DNA of 32,000 nucleotides from Candidatus Heimdallarchaeota archaeon B3_Heim. Its GTDB lineage: Archaea > Asgardarchaeota > Heimdallarchaeia > Hodarchaeales > Hodarchaeaceae. Shown piece by piece: positions 1 to 9,104 of this stretch; positions within the stretch are counted from its first letter, which is position 1, and each line of letters starts with the position of its first letter. The notes under the pieces were generated by a model. That model was not told where the DNA came from, searched no databases, and saw nothing but the letters and a program-made list of their open reading frames with translations. Both the position numbers and the translations under genes were made by a program. The stretch spans positions 1-32,000 of the forward strand of contig NJBF01000015.1 in the NCBI GenBank assembly GCA_003144275.1. Reading direction: 5' to 3'.

Positions 1-181
1 TCAAGCGACTCGATTTCTAGTGAAATTTCATTATAAGTTAGTCTGTACTGCCCGTTGGTTTTGTCGGTGGTTACGGAAGGAAATCTTGCCCCAGGTTACT
101 TTTCACGGGGGTGATACGTGAAGACTGATATTAAGTGAATTAATATAAGCAATAAAATATTGTTTCTTCAAATATTAAGGA

Positions 182-340
182 ATGAATAAAATGTCGTATA
201 ATGATCACTTTTTTGCTCAGTCTATATCGATGGATCAAGTGTTCTTCCTTGTGATTGGATTGTTACTTATTATAGGGAGTATAATTTATTACATGTTTCT
301 TCGGCCCCGACTTTTTAAACGATTAATACAAGATCCCTAA
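182..340 (+). CDS. Small single-pass membrane protein (52 aa, or 49 aa from ATG 191); not in the ORF track
   Basis: Manual translation MNKMSYNDHFFAQSISMDQVFFLVIGLLLIIGSIIYYMFLRPRLFKRLIQDP* (TAA 338-340). One hydrophobic stretch of ~20 aa followed by a basic RPRLFKR segment; AAGG just upstream of ATG 182. Confidence 0.5.
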   Translation: MNKMSYNDHFFAQSISMDQVFFLVIGLLLIIGSIIYYMFLRPRLFKRLIQDP

Positions 341-359
341 TTCAAAATACTGTCAAAAG

Positions 360-563
360 CTAAACTCTTAAAAATTCATAGACAAAAATCTTGTCTACGG
401 TTGGAAAAGCAATGACGAGTACAAATTTTGATTCCTTCGCTAATTTTAATGCACTCGTCACTCCAGCTATCGTGTATCTCTGAATACATCGAAGATATTT
501 TGGAACTTCCCACCCCTGTAAATTATTCTTGTCATTGTTCTGAAATATCTTCATTGATTCCAT
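360..563 (-). CDS. Possible small hypothetical protein (67 aa)
   Basis: ATG-started ORF filling otherwise empty space, convergent with the 182-340 ORF. No recognisable motif; an in-frame stop lies directly upstream of the ATG. Confidence 0.25.
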   Translation of the reverse strand: MESMKIFQNNDKNNLQGWEVPKYLRCIQRYTIAGVTSALKLAKESKFVLVIAFPTVDKIFVYEFLRV

Positions 564-659
564 TTATATTAGTTATTGCTAAAATAACAACTCCCGAGGT
601 TTTTTTAATGAAATTGTAGCATAATTGGTGCAGAAAATGATACGAATATACGAAATGAA

Positions 660-1913
660 GTGAAAAACATGTTTAGTAACAGAAATCAGAGTGAAAGACA
701 TGTAGGTTTAACACAAGAGCAGCTTGATCGGAATATACGAATTTTCCAGATAACTGGAATAGATATCACAGTGTTACTGGTCCCAGTTCTTGCGTTGGTA
801 TGGATAGGTGCAGGACTAACGTTTAGCGAAATGCTTGTTCTTCAAGGAATATTTATGATTCCAATATTACTCCTTGAAGTACCTAGTGGTTCATTTGCAG
901 ATTATTGGTCACGAAAAGGGTGTACGACACTTTTTCATGTGATATTTGGAGCTGGAATATTCTTCTACGCAATTGGCGATTCATTCATTATGTTCGCAAT
1001 TGGAGATTTATTGGCAGGAATAGGTATTACCTTCAAAACTGGTAGTGACACAGCCCTTATCTACGATTCCTTAGCCACTAAAGAAAGTAATCCAAACGGA
1101 CAATTTGGTAAATTGGTGTCAAATAGGATGACTATTATGTTTGGCGCTAGTGCTTTGGGGGCAATTCTTGGAGGCATAATCGCTACAGTTACTTTATTGA
1201 AGCTTCCCATATTTCTGACTTTCCTAGGACACATGGGTTTTGCCTTGTTAGTTGCATTGGGATATACCGAACCACCCCGTATCCAAGCAAAATCACCAAA
1301 AGCTGCAATTATGGCTGCTGTAAATTCCTTATCACTGAAAAAGGAACTTCAGCTAGTACTGATCGTTATGATATCTGGGATGGTATTCTCTAACATCGCC
1401 TTTTGGGCTTCGCAGCACGTATTCATAAACGATTATGCTGTTGATGCATTAGGAATGGGATTCATATTAGCAATCTTCAATATCACCGCAGGAATAAGCT
1501 CATTGGCAATAAGGTCAAGAGTATCGCAATTAGCAAACTTTCCTATGCTATTCCTTCTCATCTTAGTCGATGGAGTATATCTACTTGGTTTGATCGTTGG
1601 ATCTTCCCTAGTTGGAGTGATTGTCCTTTCTTTATTCGGCCAATTGACAAGAGGTTCTAGAACGCCACTTACCCAAGCCATCGTGCAAGATAAGATCTCA
1701 TCTGTGGAGCGAGCTACGTTCTCTTCACTGATATCCTTGGTTGGGTCTTTCCTTTACTTTGCCTTTTCAGGCGTTATTAATTTGTTTGAGCTTTCCAGGC
1801 AGGAATCGCTAGTAATTGGATTTTCAGGAATTATCGTTTGTATTGCAGGCTTTATTGCATTGAGCTACAACGATTTTCGTGTTAAAGACTCACGGAGAAG
1901 CGTCTTTCAGTAA
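660..1913 (+). CDS. MFS transporter
   Basis: About 12 hydrophobic segments; MFS motif-A-like EVPSGSFADYWSRK; SGSDTALIYDSL-type loop (TGSDTALIYDSL). GTG at 660, alternative ATG at 669. Confidence 0.85.
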   Translation: MKNMFSNRNQSERHVGLTQEQLDRNIRIFQITGIDITVLLVPVLALVWIGAGLTFSEMLVLQGIFMIPILLLEVPSGSFADYWSRKGCTTLFHVIFGAGIFFYAIGDSFIMFAIGDLLAGIGITFKTGSDTALIYDSLATKESNPNGQFGKLVSNRMTIMFGASALGAILGGIIATVTLLKLPIFLTFLGHMGFALLVALGYTEPPRIQAKSPKAAIMAAVNSLSLKKELQLVLIVMISGMVFSNIAFWASQHVFINDYAVDALGMGFILAIFNITAGISSLAIRSRVSQLANFPMLFLLILVDGVYLLGLIVGSSLVGVIVLSLFGQLTRGSRTPLTQAIVQDKISSVERATFSSLISLVGSFLYFAFSGVINLFELSRQESLVIGFSGIIVCIAGFIALSYNDFRVKDSRRSVFQ

Positions 1914-1964
1914 ACGCTCTCCAATCTCCTTCCTTTTTAAAAAAATGAAAAAAGCTCCGAAATA

Positions 1965-3197
1965 TTATTCTGGAGCATAATTCTTGGCCATTTCAGCACG
2001 CGAAATGACAATTCTTTGTACTTCATTAGTACCTTCATAAATAGGGGTGATACGGGCATCGCGATAATAACGTTCTACATCGTATTCTTTGATATAGCCA
2101 TAACCGCCATGCATCTGAATAGCCTCGTTCGTCACCTGTTGAGAAATTTCCGAGCCATATAACTTCGCAATACTTGCGTATTCAGCAAAATCTAGATTAT
2201 TATCTTTCATACGAGCGGCAATGAGATAGGCGATACGTGCGGTATGAATTTTAGTAAAAAGATCCGCCATCTTAAATTGAGTTACTTGAAAACTCTCAAT
2301 TGAACGACCAAACTGTTTTCGTGATTTGACATAGTTTACAGCCTTCCGATAAGCAGCGTCAGCGATACCAACGCCTTGTGCGCCAATACCTATCCTAGCA
2401 GCTGATAATTCATACAAAACAACACTAAAACCTCTTCCAAGTTCCCCAAGTACATTCACTTTAGGGATCGTTACATCTTGAAGAGTGATTTCCCCAGTTG
2501 CGTTTCCATGTAATCCTAATTTCTCTTCAATCCGCGATACTTTAAAACCTGGATTATTTTTCGTATCGAGAATAAAAGCTGTAAGCCCCTTTGATTTTTT
2601 CTCTGGGTCAGTAGATCCTAAGAATAGAAACGTATCAGCAATACCTGAATTGGAAATAAAGTTCTTAGAACCATTTACAAGGTAATGATCTCCATTATCA
2701 ACAACTTTTGTCTTCAAAGACCCAAGATCTGATCCAGAACTAGGTTCAGTAAAAAGAAGTCCACCAAATATTTCCCCGCGAGCAAGTTTGGGTAAATATT
2801 GTTGTTTGGCTTCCTCTGTACCAAAATGTTCAATAACATCCGATGAAGAATTCTGGAGTCCGAACAATAATGAGGTACTCGCATCTGCACGAGAAAACCT
2901 TTCATAACATGCATTAACTAGAGCAAATGAGAGGCCGACACCTTCATATTTTTCAGGAATTGCTAAACCCATTAAATCGCTTTCTCCAAGTTTTTTTAAA
3001 ATCTTATACGCTTGTGGAGGATAAGTGACTTTACCTGTCTTTGGATCATGGATACAACCGATTTCATCCATTTCTTGTGCATGTGGTTCAATTTCTTTTT
3101 TGCAGATTTCGTCCACAAGATCCAAAATCATTTCATTTTCTTCAGACTCTTCTTTCGTGAATCCTAAGGTCAATAATACTTGATATAAATCCTTCAT
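1965..3197 (-). CDS. Acyl-CoA dehydrogenase
   Basis: FTEPSSGSD, NGSKNFISN, QMHGGYGY and IYEGTNEVQR (catalytic Glu) motifs typical of ACADs. Confidence 0.93.
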   Translation of the reverse strand: MKDLYQVLLTLGFTKEESEENEMILDLVDEICKKEIEPHAQEMDEIGCIHDPKTGKVTYPPQAYKILKKLGESDLMGLAIPEKYEGVGLSFALVNACYERFSRADASTSLLFGLQNSSSDVIEHFGTEEAKQQYLPKLARGEIFGGLLFTEPSSGSDLGSLKTKVVDNGDHYLVNGSKNFISNSGIADTFLFLGSTDPEKKSKGLTAFILDTKNNPGFKVSRIEEKLGLHGNATGEITLQDVTIPKVNVLGELGRGFSVVLYELSAARIGIGAQGVGIADAAYRKAVNYVKSRKQFGRSIESFQVTQFKMADLFTKIHTARIAYLIAARMKDNNLDFAEYASIAKLYGSEISQQVTNEAIQMHGGYGYIKEYDVERYYRDARITPIYEGTNEVQRIVISRAEMAKNYAPE

Positions 3198-3433
3198 TGT
3201 GTATTCACTTACTTTAACTTCGTTAAATCTGATAAAAAGTAGTTCTCCTATCTGGAGTATATATTTTCAATTCTTTTCTCTGTAGGAAAATATGATAAAA
3301 ATGCCATTTCTGTGAATAAATAAAATTTTGGTATCAAAAAGTAGTTATTAAAATTAGAGCGAGTAATTACAAAAACTCAAGAAATAGATTTAAATCTGCT
3401 ATAAGAAAAATAGAATTCTGAACTTATTGTGAT

Positions 3434-4117
3434 GTGGTTTTAATGGTCTCTATGTCATTTATACGTGAGAATACTCGTAGTAAACTCGAAAAAGCTAGTT
3501 ACCCATATCTACTCCATTTGCCTGATTTTATATCCCCCACAGTTCTTACATGGGGAAATTTATTGTTTTCTATAATTGCTGGAGTTGCTTTTGCATTTCA
3601 ATACTTCACTCTTGCCTTAATTCTATTAACGAGCGCATTTTTGTGCGATTCACTTGATGGAATGGTTGCTAGAGTGAGAAATAAGAGCTCTGTTTCTGGT
3701 TACTACCTAGATTCAGGAGTAGATAGATTGGGAGAAGCAGTATGGCTCTATGGACTTTTCGTTAGTGGTGTATTTCCTCAAAATGCTGTTTTTTTACTTG
3801 CAGTTTCAGCATTTTTGATTAATTATTTTCGTGTGCAACAAGCGAGGGTCTTCCGAGTTCACGATCCCGGATTGATGGAAAAGGGAGAAAGAAATATTTA
3901 TTTCGGCTTTCTTACTTTGGGACTATCTGTAAGTATTAATATTCAAGCTTTGACGTTATCACTGTGGTTTGTGTGTATTTTATCAATAGCTACAACCCTG
4001 CAGCTATTCAGACGAGGTGTGATACTTACAAGAAATAGTGGTACGGATGTAACTCAGATAATTGATACGCAAGATTTATTGGAAGAATCGCCTGATCGAA
4101 TACTGGGAGGAACGTAG
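3434..4117 (+). CDS. CDP-alcohol phosphatidyltransferase (possibly archaetidylinositol-phosphate synthase/PgsA-like)
   Basis: Signature DSLDGMVAR-x9-GYYLDSGVDR; multiple TM segments. Start uncertain (GTG 3434, ATG 3443 or 3452). Confidence 0.88.
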   Translation: MVLMVSMSFIRENTRSKLEKASYPYLLHLPDFISPTVLTWGNLLFSIIAGVAFAFQYFTLALILLTSAFLCDSLDGMVARVRNKSSVSGYYLDSGVDRLGEAVWLYGLFVSGVFPQNAVFLLAVSAFLINYFRVQQARVFRVHDPGLMEKGERNIYFGFLTLGLSVSINIQALTLSLWFVCILSIATTLQLFRRGVILTRNSGTDVTQIIDTQDLLEESPDRILGGT

Positions 4118-4126
4118 CTAATTTAC

Positions 4127-5269
4127 TCAGATGATTTTCTTAGAAGATTTTTTAATTTTCTTCTTCACTCTAATGATTACTAGTAGCAGAAATAGGTTAG
4201 CTAAAGTACTATTGAATCCAAACATTCCATAATATCCAAGTCTAATATTATCATTTGACATATCTTCAACAATTAACCCTTCTGCACAACCTGCACGAAT
4301 TTTTATCCTGTAAAACTCTCCGTTTGGGTAGATAGAGGAATTCCAAATATACGTAGTATTCATTAGTTCTGTAGCTAATTGTTCCCATGTACTTCCTGCA
4401 TCATCCGAGAGATATACATCGTAATAAACTTCATGTCCTTTAGAATCAAAAGCGGTGAACCATCTAACATACTCAGTTCCGTATACATTGTCATACCTAT
4501 CATTGGGGAAAAGAACTGTCGGTCTCGAAAGGTAATGAATAAGTGTTGGATTCACTGGGGATATCTGGGGCTGTTTATCAAAATTATAATTTCCCTCAAA
4601 GGAGTACCACCCAGAATCTGTCTCCCAAAAATTATTTCTAATTATTGTTCTGTTTGTATTATCGTATGCGGAGTAGACTCCCTGAAGGTTGTTTTGAATG
4701 AAGTCATTTAATTCTACTAAATTGGTGATGGATGAATCTATCAAATAGATGCCATATTTGGTATTATGATAGAATAGATTTCTAGAAACTGTGACTTCAT
4801 TAGAATACAAGACTTCAAGCCCATTAAACCCATTAAGAATAGTAGAATTCCCAATGAAGGCGTTTTCCACATTATTTAGATAAATGACCACTTTATTTCC
4901 ATTCAACCCATCTAAAAAGCAATTTTCAATTTTAAAATGCACACTCGTATCTTGAATGTCAATTAAAATCGCAGCTTGTGTGATATTGAGAAATTCGATG
5001 GTATACGGAGTTTCTTCTTCTCCTGTGCCAGTAAAATTATAATTGGAGAATCCTTCATTTCCTCTAATAATTATAGGAGAATGTGGTGTAAATGAGAAAT
5101 TTGAAAGGTCAATTTCGTTTTGTTCAGAATCAAGGCGTTTCTCTTCTAATATATTTGAAATTATATCTTCCCCCCTGTAACAGTCGGCCATTCCAGCCAT
5201 GAAAAATCCCCCTCCAATCAAAAAGACAAAGAAAAATGTCAAAAGCGAAAATTGAATTACTTTCCTCAC
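4127..5269 (-). CDS. Secreted/surface protein: parallel beta-helix (NosD/CASH-like) plus Ig/FN3-like domain plus C-terminal membrane anchor
   Basis: N-terminal hydrophobic signal; Asn/Ile-rich beta-helix repeats (IENCFL, NSTILNGFNGLEV, NLFYHNTKYGIYL); YDVYLSDDAGSTW...YRIKIRA module; C-terminal hydrophobic stretch and Lys-rich tail. Confidence 0.72.
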   Translation of the reverse strand: MRKVIQFSLLTFFFVFLIGGGFFMAGMADCYRGEDIISNILEEKRLDSEQNEIDLSNFSFTPHSPIIIRGNEGFSNYNFTGTGEEETPYTIEFLNITQAAILIDIQDTSVHFKIENCFLDGLNGNKVVIYLNNVENAFIGNSTILNGFNGLEVLYSNEVTVSRNLFYHNTKYGIYLIDSSITNLVELNDFIQNNLQGVYSAYDNTNRTIIRNNFWETDSGWYSFEGNYNFDKQPQISPVNPTLIHYLSRPTVLFPNDRYDNVYGTEYVRWFTAFDSKGHEVYYDVYLSDDAGSTWEQLATELMNTTYIWNSSIYPNGEFYRIKIRAGCAEGLIVEDMSNDNIRLGYYGMFGFNSTLANLFLLLVIIRVKKKIKKSSKKII

Positions 5270-5441
5270 ACTTCACACCCACTGGGTCTCATTTGTATGT
5301 CAATAGTTTTCAGTCATCCTTATTCCTAGAATAAATCAGTTAATAATATTCCTACTGATTATACTTCACTTCATCCACTTCCATAAAATCAAGTTTTAAT
5401 AGTTCCACTATCAGAAGAGTCTTTCACAGAAGGAATCATTT

Positions 5442-8249
5442 ATGAGTAATTCTACCTCCCCTAATCCTCCAGTTCACACGCAATCCGTTGAGGATCTGAA
5501 AAATGAGTTCAATACAGACCTTCAACGAGGTTTGACAAGTGAAGATGTTACAAAACGCTTAGAAAAATATGGAATGAATGAGCTAATTGCAGGAGAAACG
5601 ATTACTCCAATTAAAATGTTTTTACTACAGTTTAAAGATTTTATTGTATTTTTATTGCTTGGAGCAGCTCTCGTTTCAATTATTTTCCAAGACTGGATAG
5701 AAGCTCTCATTATCATCGTAATAGTTATGTTGAACGCAATAATGGGCTTTGTTCAGGAGTATAGGGCAGAATCAGCATTAGAGAAGCTGAAAGAGCTGAC
5801 AGGTGATGATACGTTAGTAATTAGGGATGGTGTGGAAACTAGAATTGATACACGAGAGCTAGTACCAGGAGATATTTTACTCATGTATGAGGGGGAGACT
5901 ATAGCGGCTGACGCTCGGGTTTTTGAAGCGAGTAGGTTGCGAATAGAGGAAGGATTATTGACAGGAGAATCAGTTCCCGTTGATAAAATGTGTGAACCAC
6001 TTATGGATGAGAGACTTCCAATTGCTGATCGTAAAAATATTGTATACATGGGAACTACAACCGTAAAAGGTCGTGGTAAGGCCCTTATCACTAGGACAGG
6101 GATGAACACTGAGATGGGTGAGATTGCAAAATCTACTGCTGAAACAACAGAACAGGCTACGCCTTTACAAATACAGCTCTCAAAGCTAGGAAAAATTTTA
6201 GGTGGATTAGTTATTATTGTTGTCTTTTTTGTCCTTATCGCACAGATCCTCCAAGCCGAGGACACATTTCTTCAAATGCTCGACAATACATTAACCCGTC
6301 GAGATGAAGAGCTGATTCATATTGTTGAAGCCGCACTTGCATTGGCGGTTTCTGCCGTACCAGAAGGGCTAGCTGCCGCGATAACATTGACTTTTGCGAT
6401 TGGAGTTCAAAGGATGGTTAAAAAGAATGCAATTATCCGAAAATTACCAGCAGTAGAAACATTAGGTTCAGTTGAAGTCATTTGCACCGATAAAACTGGT
6501 ACACTGACTCAAAATAAGATGACCGTTCAAAAATTATGGACTCCTGATTTGGGATATGTTGATGTAACTGGAACTGGTTATTTGCCCAAGGGTAACTTTA
6601 TTAGCATAAACAGTAATGAAAAAATAAATATTAAAGAGCATAAAGATGCGTACCAATTACTTAAGGCTGCATCTTTGTGTAATACTGCTGCTATCAATTA
6701 CGAAAAAAGGGAATGGAAGTGTGAGGGGGATCCAACAGAAGGCGCACTGATTGTTGCAGCAATGAAATCTATGAATCTTAATAGATGGGAAGAGAGCTAT
6801 GATCTCAAAGATCAAGGAGAAATTTTCTTTGATTCTGATCGTAAGCGAATGTCAATGGTCTTTAGTAGAAAAAAGCCTAAAATTGAGGAAACTTGGGCTT
6901 TTATGAAAGGAAGTCCTGGAATCGTACTAGACCTTTGTACGCATGTGCTTTTTGGGGAAAAAGAAGTTCCCTTGACTGATGAAATTCGGCAACAAATAAT
7001 TGATAATAATTCTCAACTTGCGAGCAAAGCCTTCAGGGTGTTAGGAATAGCACAGAAGGAATTACCTAATGATATTGTTGAATTTACAAAAGAATCAGTA
7101 GAAACGGAGATGACTTTCATTGGATTGATAGCAATGATTGACCCTCCACGACTTGAGGTCGAAGAGGCCATTCGGAAGTGTAAGGATGCTGGAATTCGCA
7201 TTATTATGATCACTGGCGATCAACTTGACACTGCACTAGCAATTGCTAGGGCCCTTGATTTGAAACCTTACGAAGATACATTCTATCTTGCCCATACATC
7301 AGCAGAACTAGAAGCAATGGATAATGAGGAGTTCATTGAAGTTTTAAAGGATCTAGATGTGTGTGCAAGAGCTTCTCCTAGTATCAAGCGAAGAATTGTT
7401 GAAACTTTACAAAATGAATTTGGCCTTGTCGTTGCTATGACCGGAGATGGGGTAAATGATGCACCTGCTCTTAAGAAAGCAGATATTGGAATTGCCATGG
7501 GTATAACAGGTACCGATGTTGCTCGTGAGGCGAGTGATATGGTTCTCATGGATGATAATTTCGCTACTATAGTATCAGCCGTAGAAGAAGGTAGAAATAT
7601 TTATGCAAATATGAAAAAATTCATTCGCTATCTGTTAAGCTCGAATTTCGATGAAATTCTAGTAGTTTTTACTGCCACAGTAATACTGGGTCTTCCCTCC
7701 CCTTATCTTGTACTGAGCATTTTGTGGATTAATTTATTAACTGATGGATTACCAGCATTAGCTTTATCGGTTGATCCGGGAGATCCTAATATAATGAAGA
7801 AAAAACCTCGTGGTAAGCAAAGTAATATGTTTAATGAAATTCTCATCTTTTCCTTAGTAGCAGGTATAATTTCATTCTTAGGAACAATGATTTTCTTTTT
7901 ATCCTTTGGTGGCGACTTTACTGGAGAAAATTTGAAAATTGCACGAACTCTTGCCTTGACGGTCTCTGTTATCTTTGAACTTTTTCAGGTATTTGTATCT
8001 AAAGCCCCTGATGATAAAAGTGTTTGGCGTTCTAATCCCTTTAACAACCTTTACTTGATAGGGGCTGTTATCATGGCTTTCATTCTGCATTTATTTATTG
8101 TATATGTAGAGACATTAGCTAATATCTTTGAATTAAGTCCTATTGCATTCGACCAGTGGGTATTGATTTTCGTTATAGTTATAATAGGTATTATCATATT
8201 AGACGCGGTAAAGCTACTACAATCTAAGATAACTAACCGTGTATACTAA
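5442..8249 (+). CDS. Ca2+-transporting P-type ATPase, type IIA (SERCA/PacL-like)
   Basis: TGES, PEGL, DKTGTLT (phospho-Asp), KGSP, MITGD, TGDGVND; TM5 SSNFDE and TM6 NLLTDGLP. Confidence 0.93.
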   Translation: MSNSTSPNPPVHTQSVEDLKNEFNTDLQRGLTSEDVTKRLEKYGMNELIAGETITPIKMFLLQFKDFIVFLLLGAALVSIIFQDWIEALIIIVIVMLNAIMGFVQEYRAESALEKLKELTGDDTLVIRDGVETRIDTRELVPGDILLMYEGETIAADARVFEASRLRIEEGLLTGESVPVDKMCEPLMDERLPIADRKNIVYMGTTTVKGRGKALITRTGMNTEMGEIAKSTAETTEQATPLQIQLSKLGKILGGLVIIVVFFVLIAQILQAEDTFLQMLDNTLTRRDEELIHIVEAALALAVSAVPEGLAAAITLTFAIGVQRMVKKNAIIRKLPAVETLGSVEVICTDKTGTLTQNKMTVQKLWTPDLGYVDVTGTGYLPKGNFISINSNEKINIKEHKDAYQLLKAASLCNTAAINYEKREWKCEGDPTEGALIVAAMKSMNLNRWEESYDLKDQGEIFFDSDRKRMSMVFSRKKPKIEETWAFMKGSPGIVLDLCTHVLFGEKEVPLTDEIRQQIIDNNSQLASKAFRVLGIAQKELPNDIVEFTKESVETEMTFIGLIAMIDPPRLEVEEAIRKCKDAGIRIIMITGDQLDTALAIARALDLKPYEDTFYLAHTSAELEAMDNEEFIEVLKDLDVCARASPSIKRRIVETLQNEFGLVVAMTGDGVNDAPALKKADIGIAMGITGTDVAREASDMVLMDDNFATIVSAVEEGRNIYANMKKFIRYLLSSNFDEILVVFTATVILGLPSPYLVLSILWINLLTDGLPALALSVDPGDPNIMKKKPRGKQSNMFNEILIFSLVAGIISFLGTMIFFLSFGGDFTGENLKIARTLALTVSVIFELFQVFVSKAPDDKSVWRSNPFNNLYLIGAVIMAFILHLFIVYVETLANIFELSPIAFDQWVLIFVIVIIGIIILDAVKLLQSKITNRVY

Positions 8250-8577
8250 AAATCATTATATTCATCTGGAAATGCCTTTCAAGTGTAAATCTATAGAAGA
8301 CCTCTTAAAGTTCATCTATCAAAATCTCCTGAAATAAAAGGATCAGTTTTGATACAATTAGAAAGTCAGTTGGAACTTCAAAGGTTGAAAGGGAAAAAAA
8401 ACAGGGAAACGCATTTGAGGATTCAACGCTCAATTATACTCTCTAGAACATTTAGTGATGGATTAATTACAAATGTAAATCTTTAAAAATGGCTTTCTAT
8501 CGAGGATACACTAGATTTGCATTCTAATACTGGAATTTCGAATCAAAAACATCATTGGAAAAAGGTGAAAAGAAAAA

Positions 8578-9006
8578 ATGGCTGTATTTGCTAAGGCTAG
8601 AATTGAAAAAATTATCAAAGCGAGTGGCGCGGAGCGAGTTAGCGCCAAGAGTATTGTACGTATGGACGAATTAGTCGCTGAATTTGGGAAAAGTACATCC
8701 AAAACTGCGATCGATTTTGCCAAAGCGGCAGGAAGAAAAACTGTACAAGGCGCGGATATTAAAGTTGCCGTATCCAAAATTGGGGTTCCAAAATATTCTC
8801 CAACTGGACCCAAATCGAAAGCATTTGCAAAAGCTCGTGTAGAACGAGTTATTCGAGATGCTGGAGCAGAAAGAGTTAGTGGAGATGCAGTGGATTATCT
8901 GAATAAACAATTAGAAGCCTATTGTTATACCCTAGCCAAGTCTGCGGTTGACATTGCTCGACATGCGAAAAGAAAAACAATAAAAGACACTGATATTATG
9001 CCATAG
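8578..9006 (+). CDS. Tandem (doublet) archaeal histone-fold protein
   Basis: Two HMf-like folds: FAKARIEKIIKASGAERVS...AGRKTVQGADIKVAV and FAKARVERVIRDAGAERVS...RHAKRKTIKDTDI, joined by VPKYSPTGPKSK; SD-like AGGTGA at 8563-8568. Confidence 0.9.
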   Translation: MAVFAKARIEKIIKASGAERVSAKSIVRMDELVAEFGKSTSKTAIDFAKAAGRKTVQGADIKVAVSKIGVPKYSPTGPKSKAFAKARVERVIRDAGAERVSGDAVDYLNKQLEAYCYTLAKSAVDIARHAKRKTIKDTDIMP

Positions 9007-9030
9007 GTTATCTAAGGCTGTATAAATCAG

Positions 9031-9044
9031 TTTCTTCCTTTTTT
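9031..9044 (+). terminator. Oligo-T tract, putative terminator after the histone gene
   Basis: TTTCTTCCTTTTTT about 25 nt downstream of the stop; archaeal terminators are typically oligo-T. Confidence 0.4.
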
Positions 9045-9104
9045 ATACTCATTCTAATCTCCGTGCTAGCCAAACTAGCACAATGAAATTTTTTATATTG
9101 TTGT

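Noticed and set aside
1-121. Relatively GC-rich start of the window; open frames on + (2-121) and - (PGARFPSV...) and a possible structured RNA
   Set aside because: No start codon or motif for the minus frame, no way to verify the plus frame at the window edge, and no recognisable tRNA, SRP or riboswitch features.
129-147. ATATTAA-N5-TTAATAT inverted repeat
   Set aside because: Pure A/T arms in an AT-rich region; expected by chance.
8272-8337. 21-codon ORF MPFKCKSIEDLLKFIYQNLLK between the ATPase and histone genes
   Set aside because: Too short, no SD, no motif.
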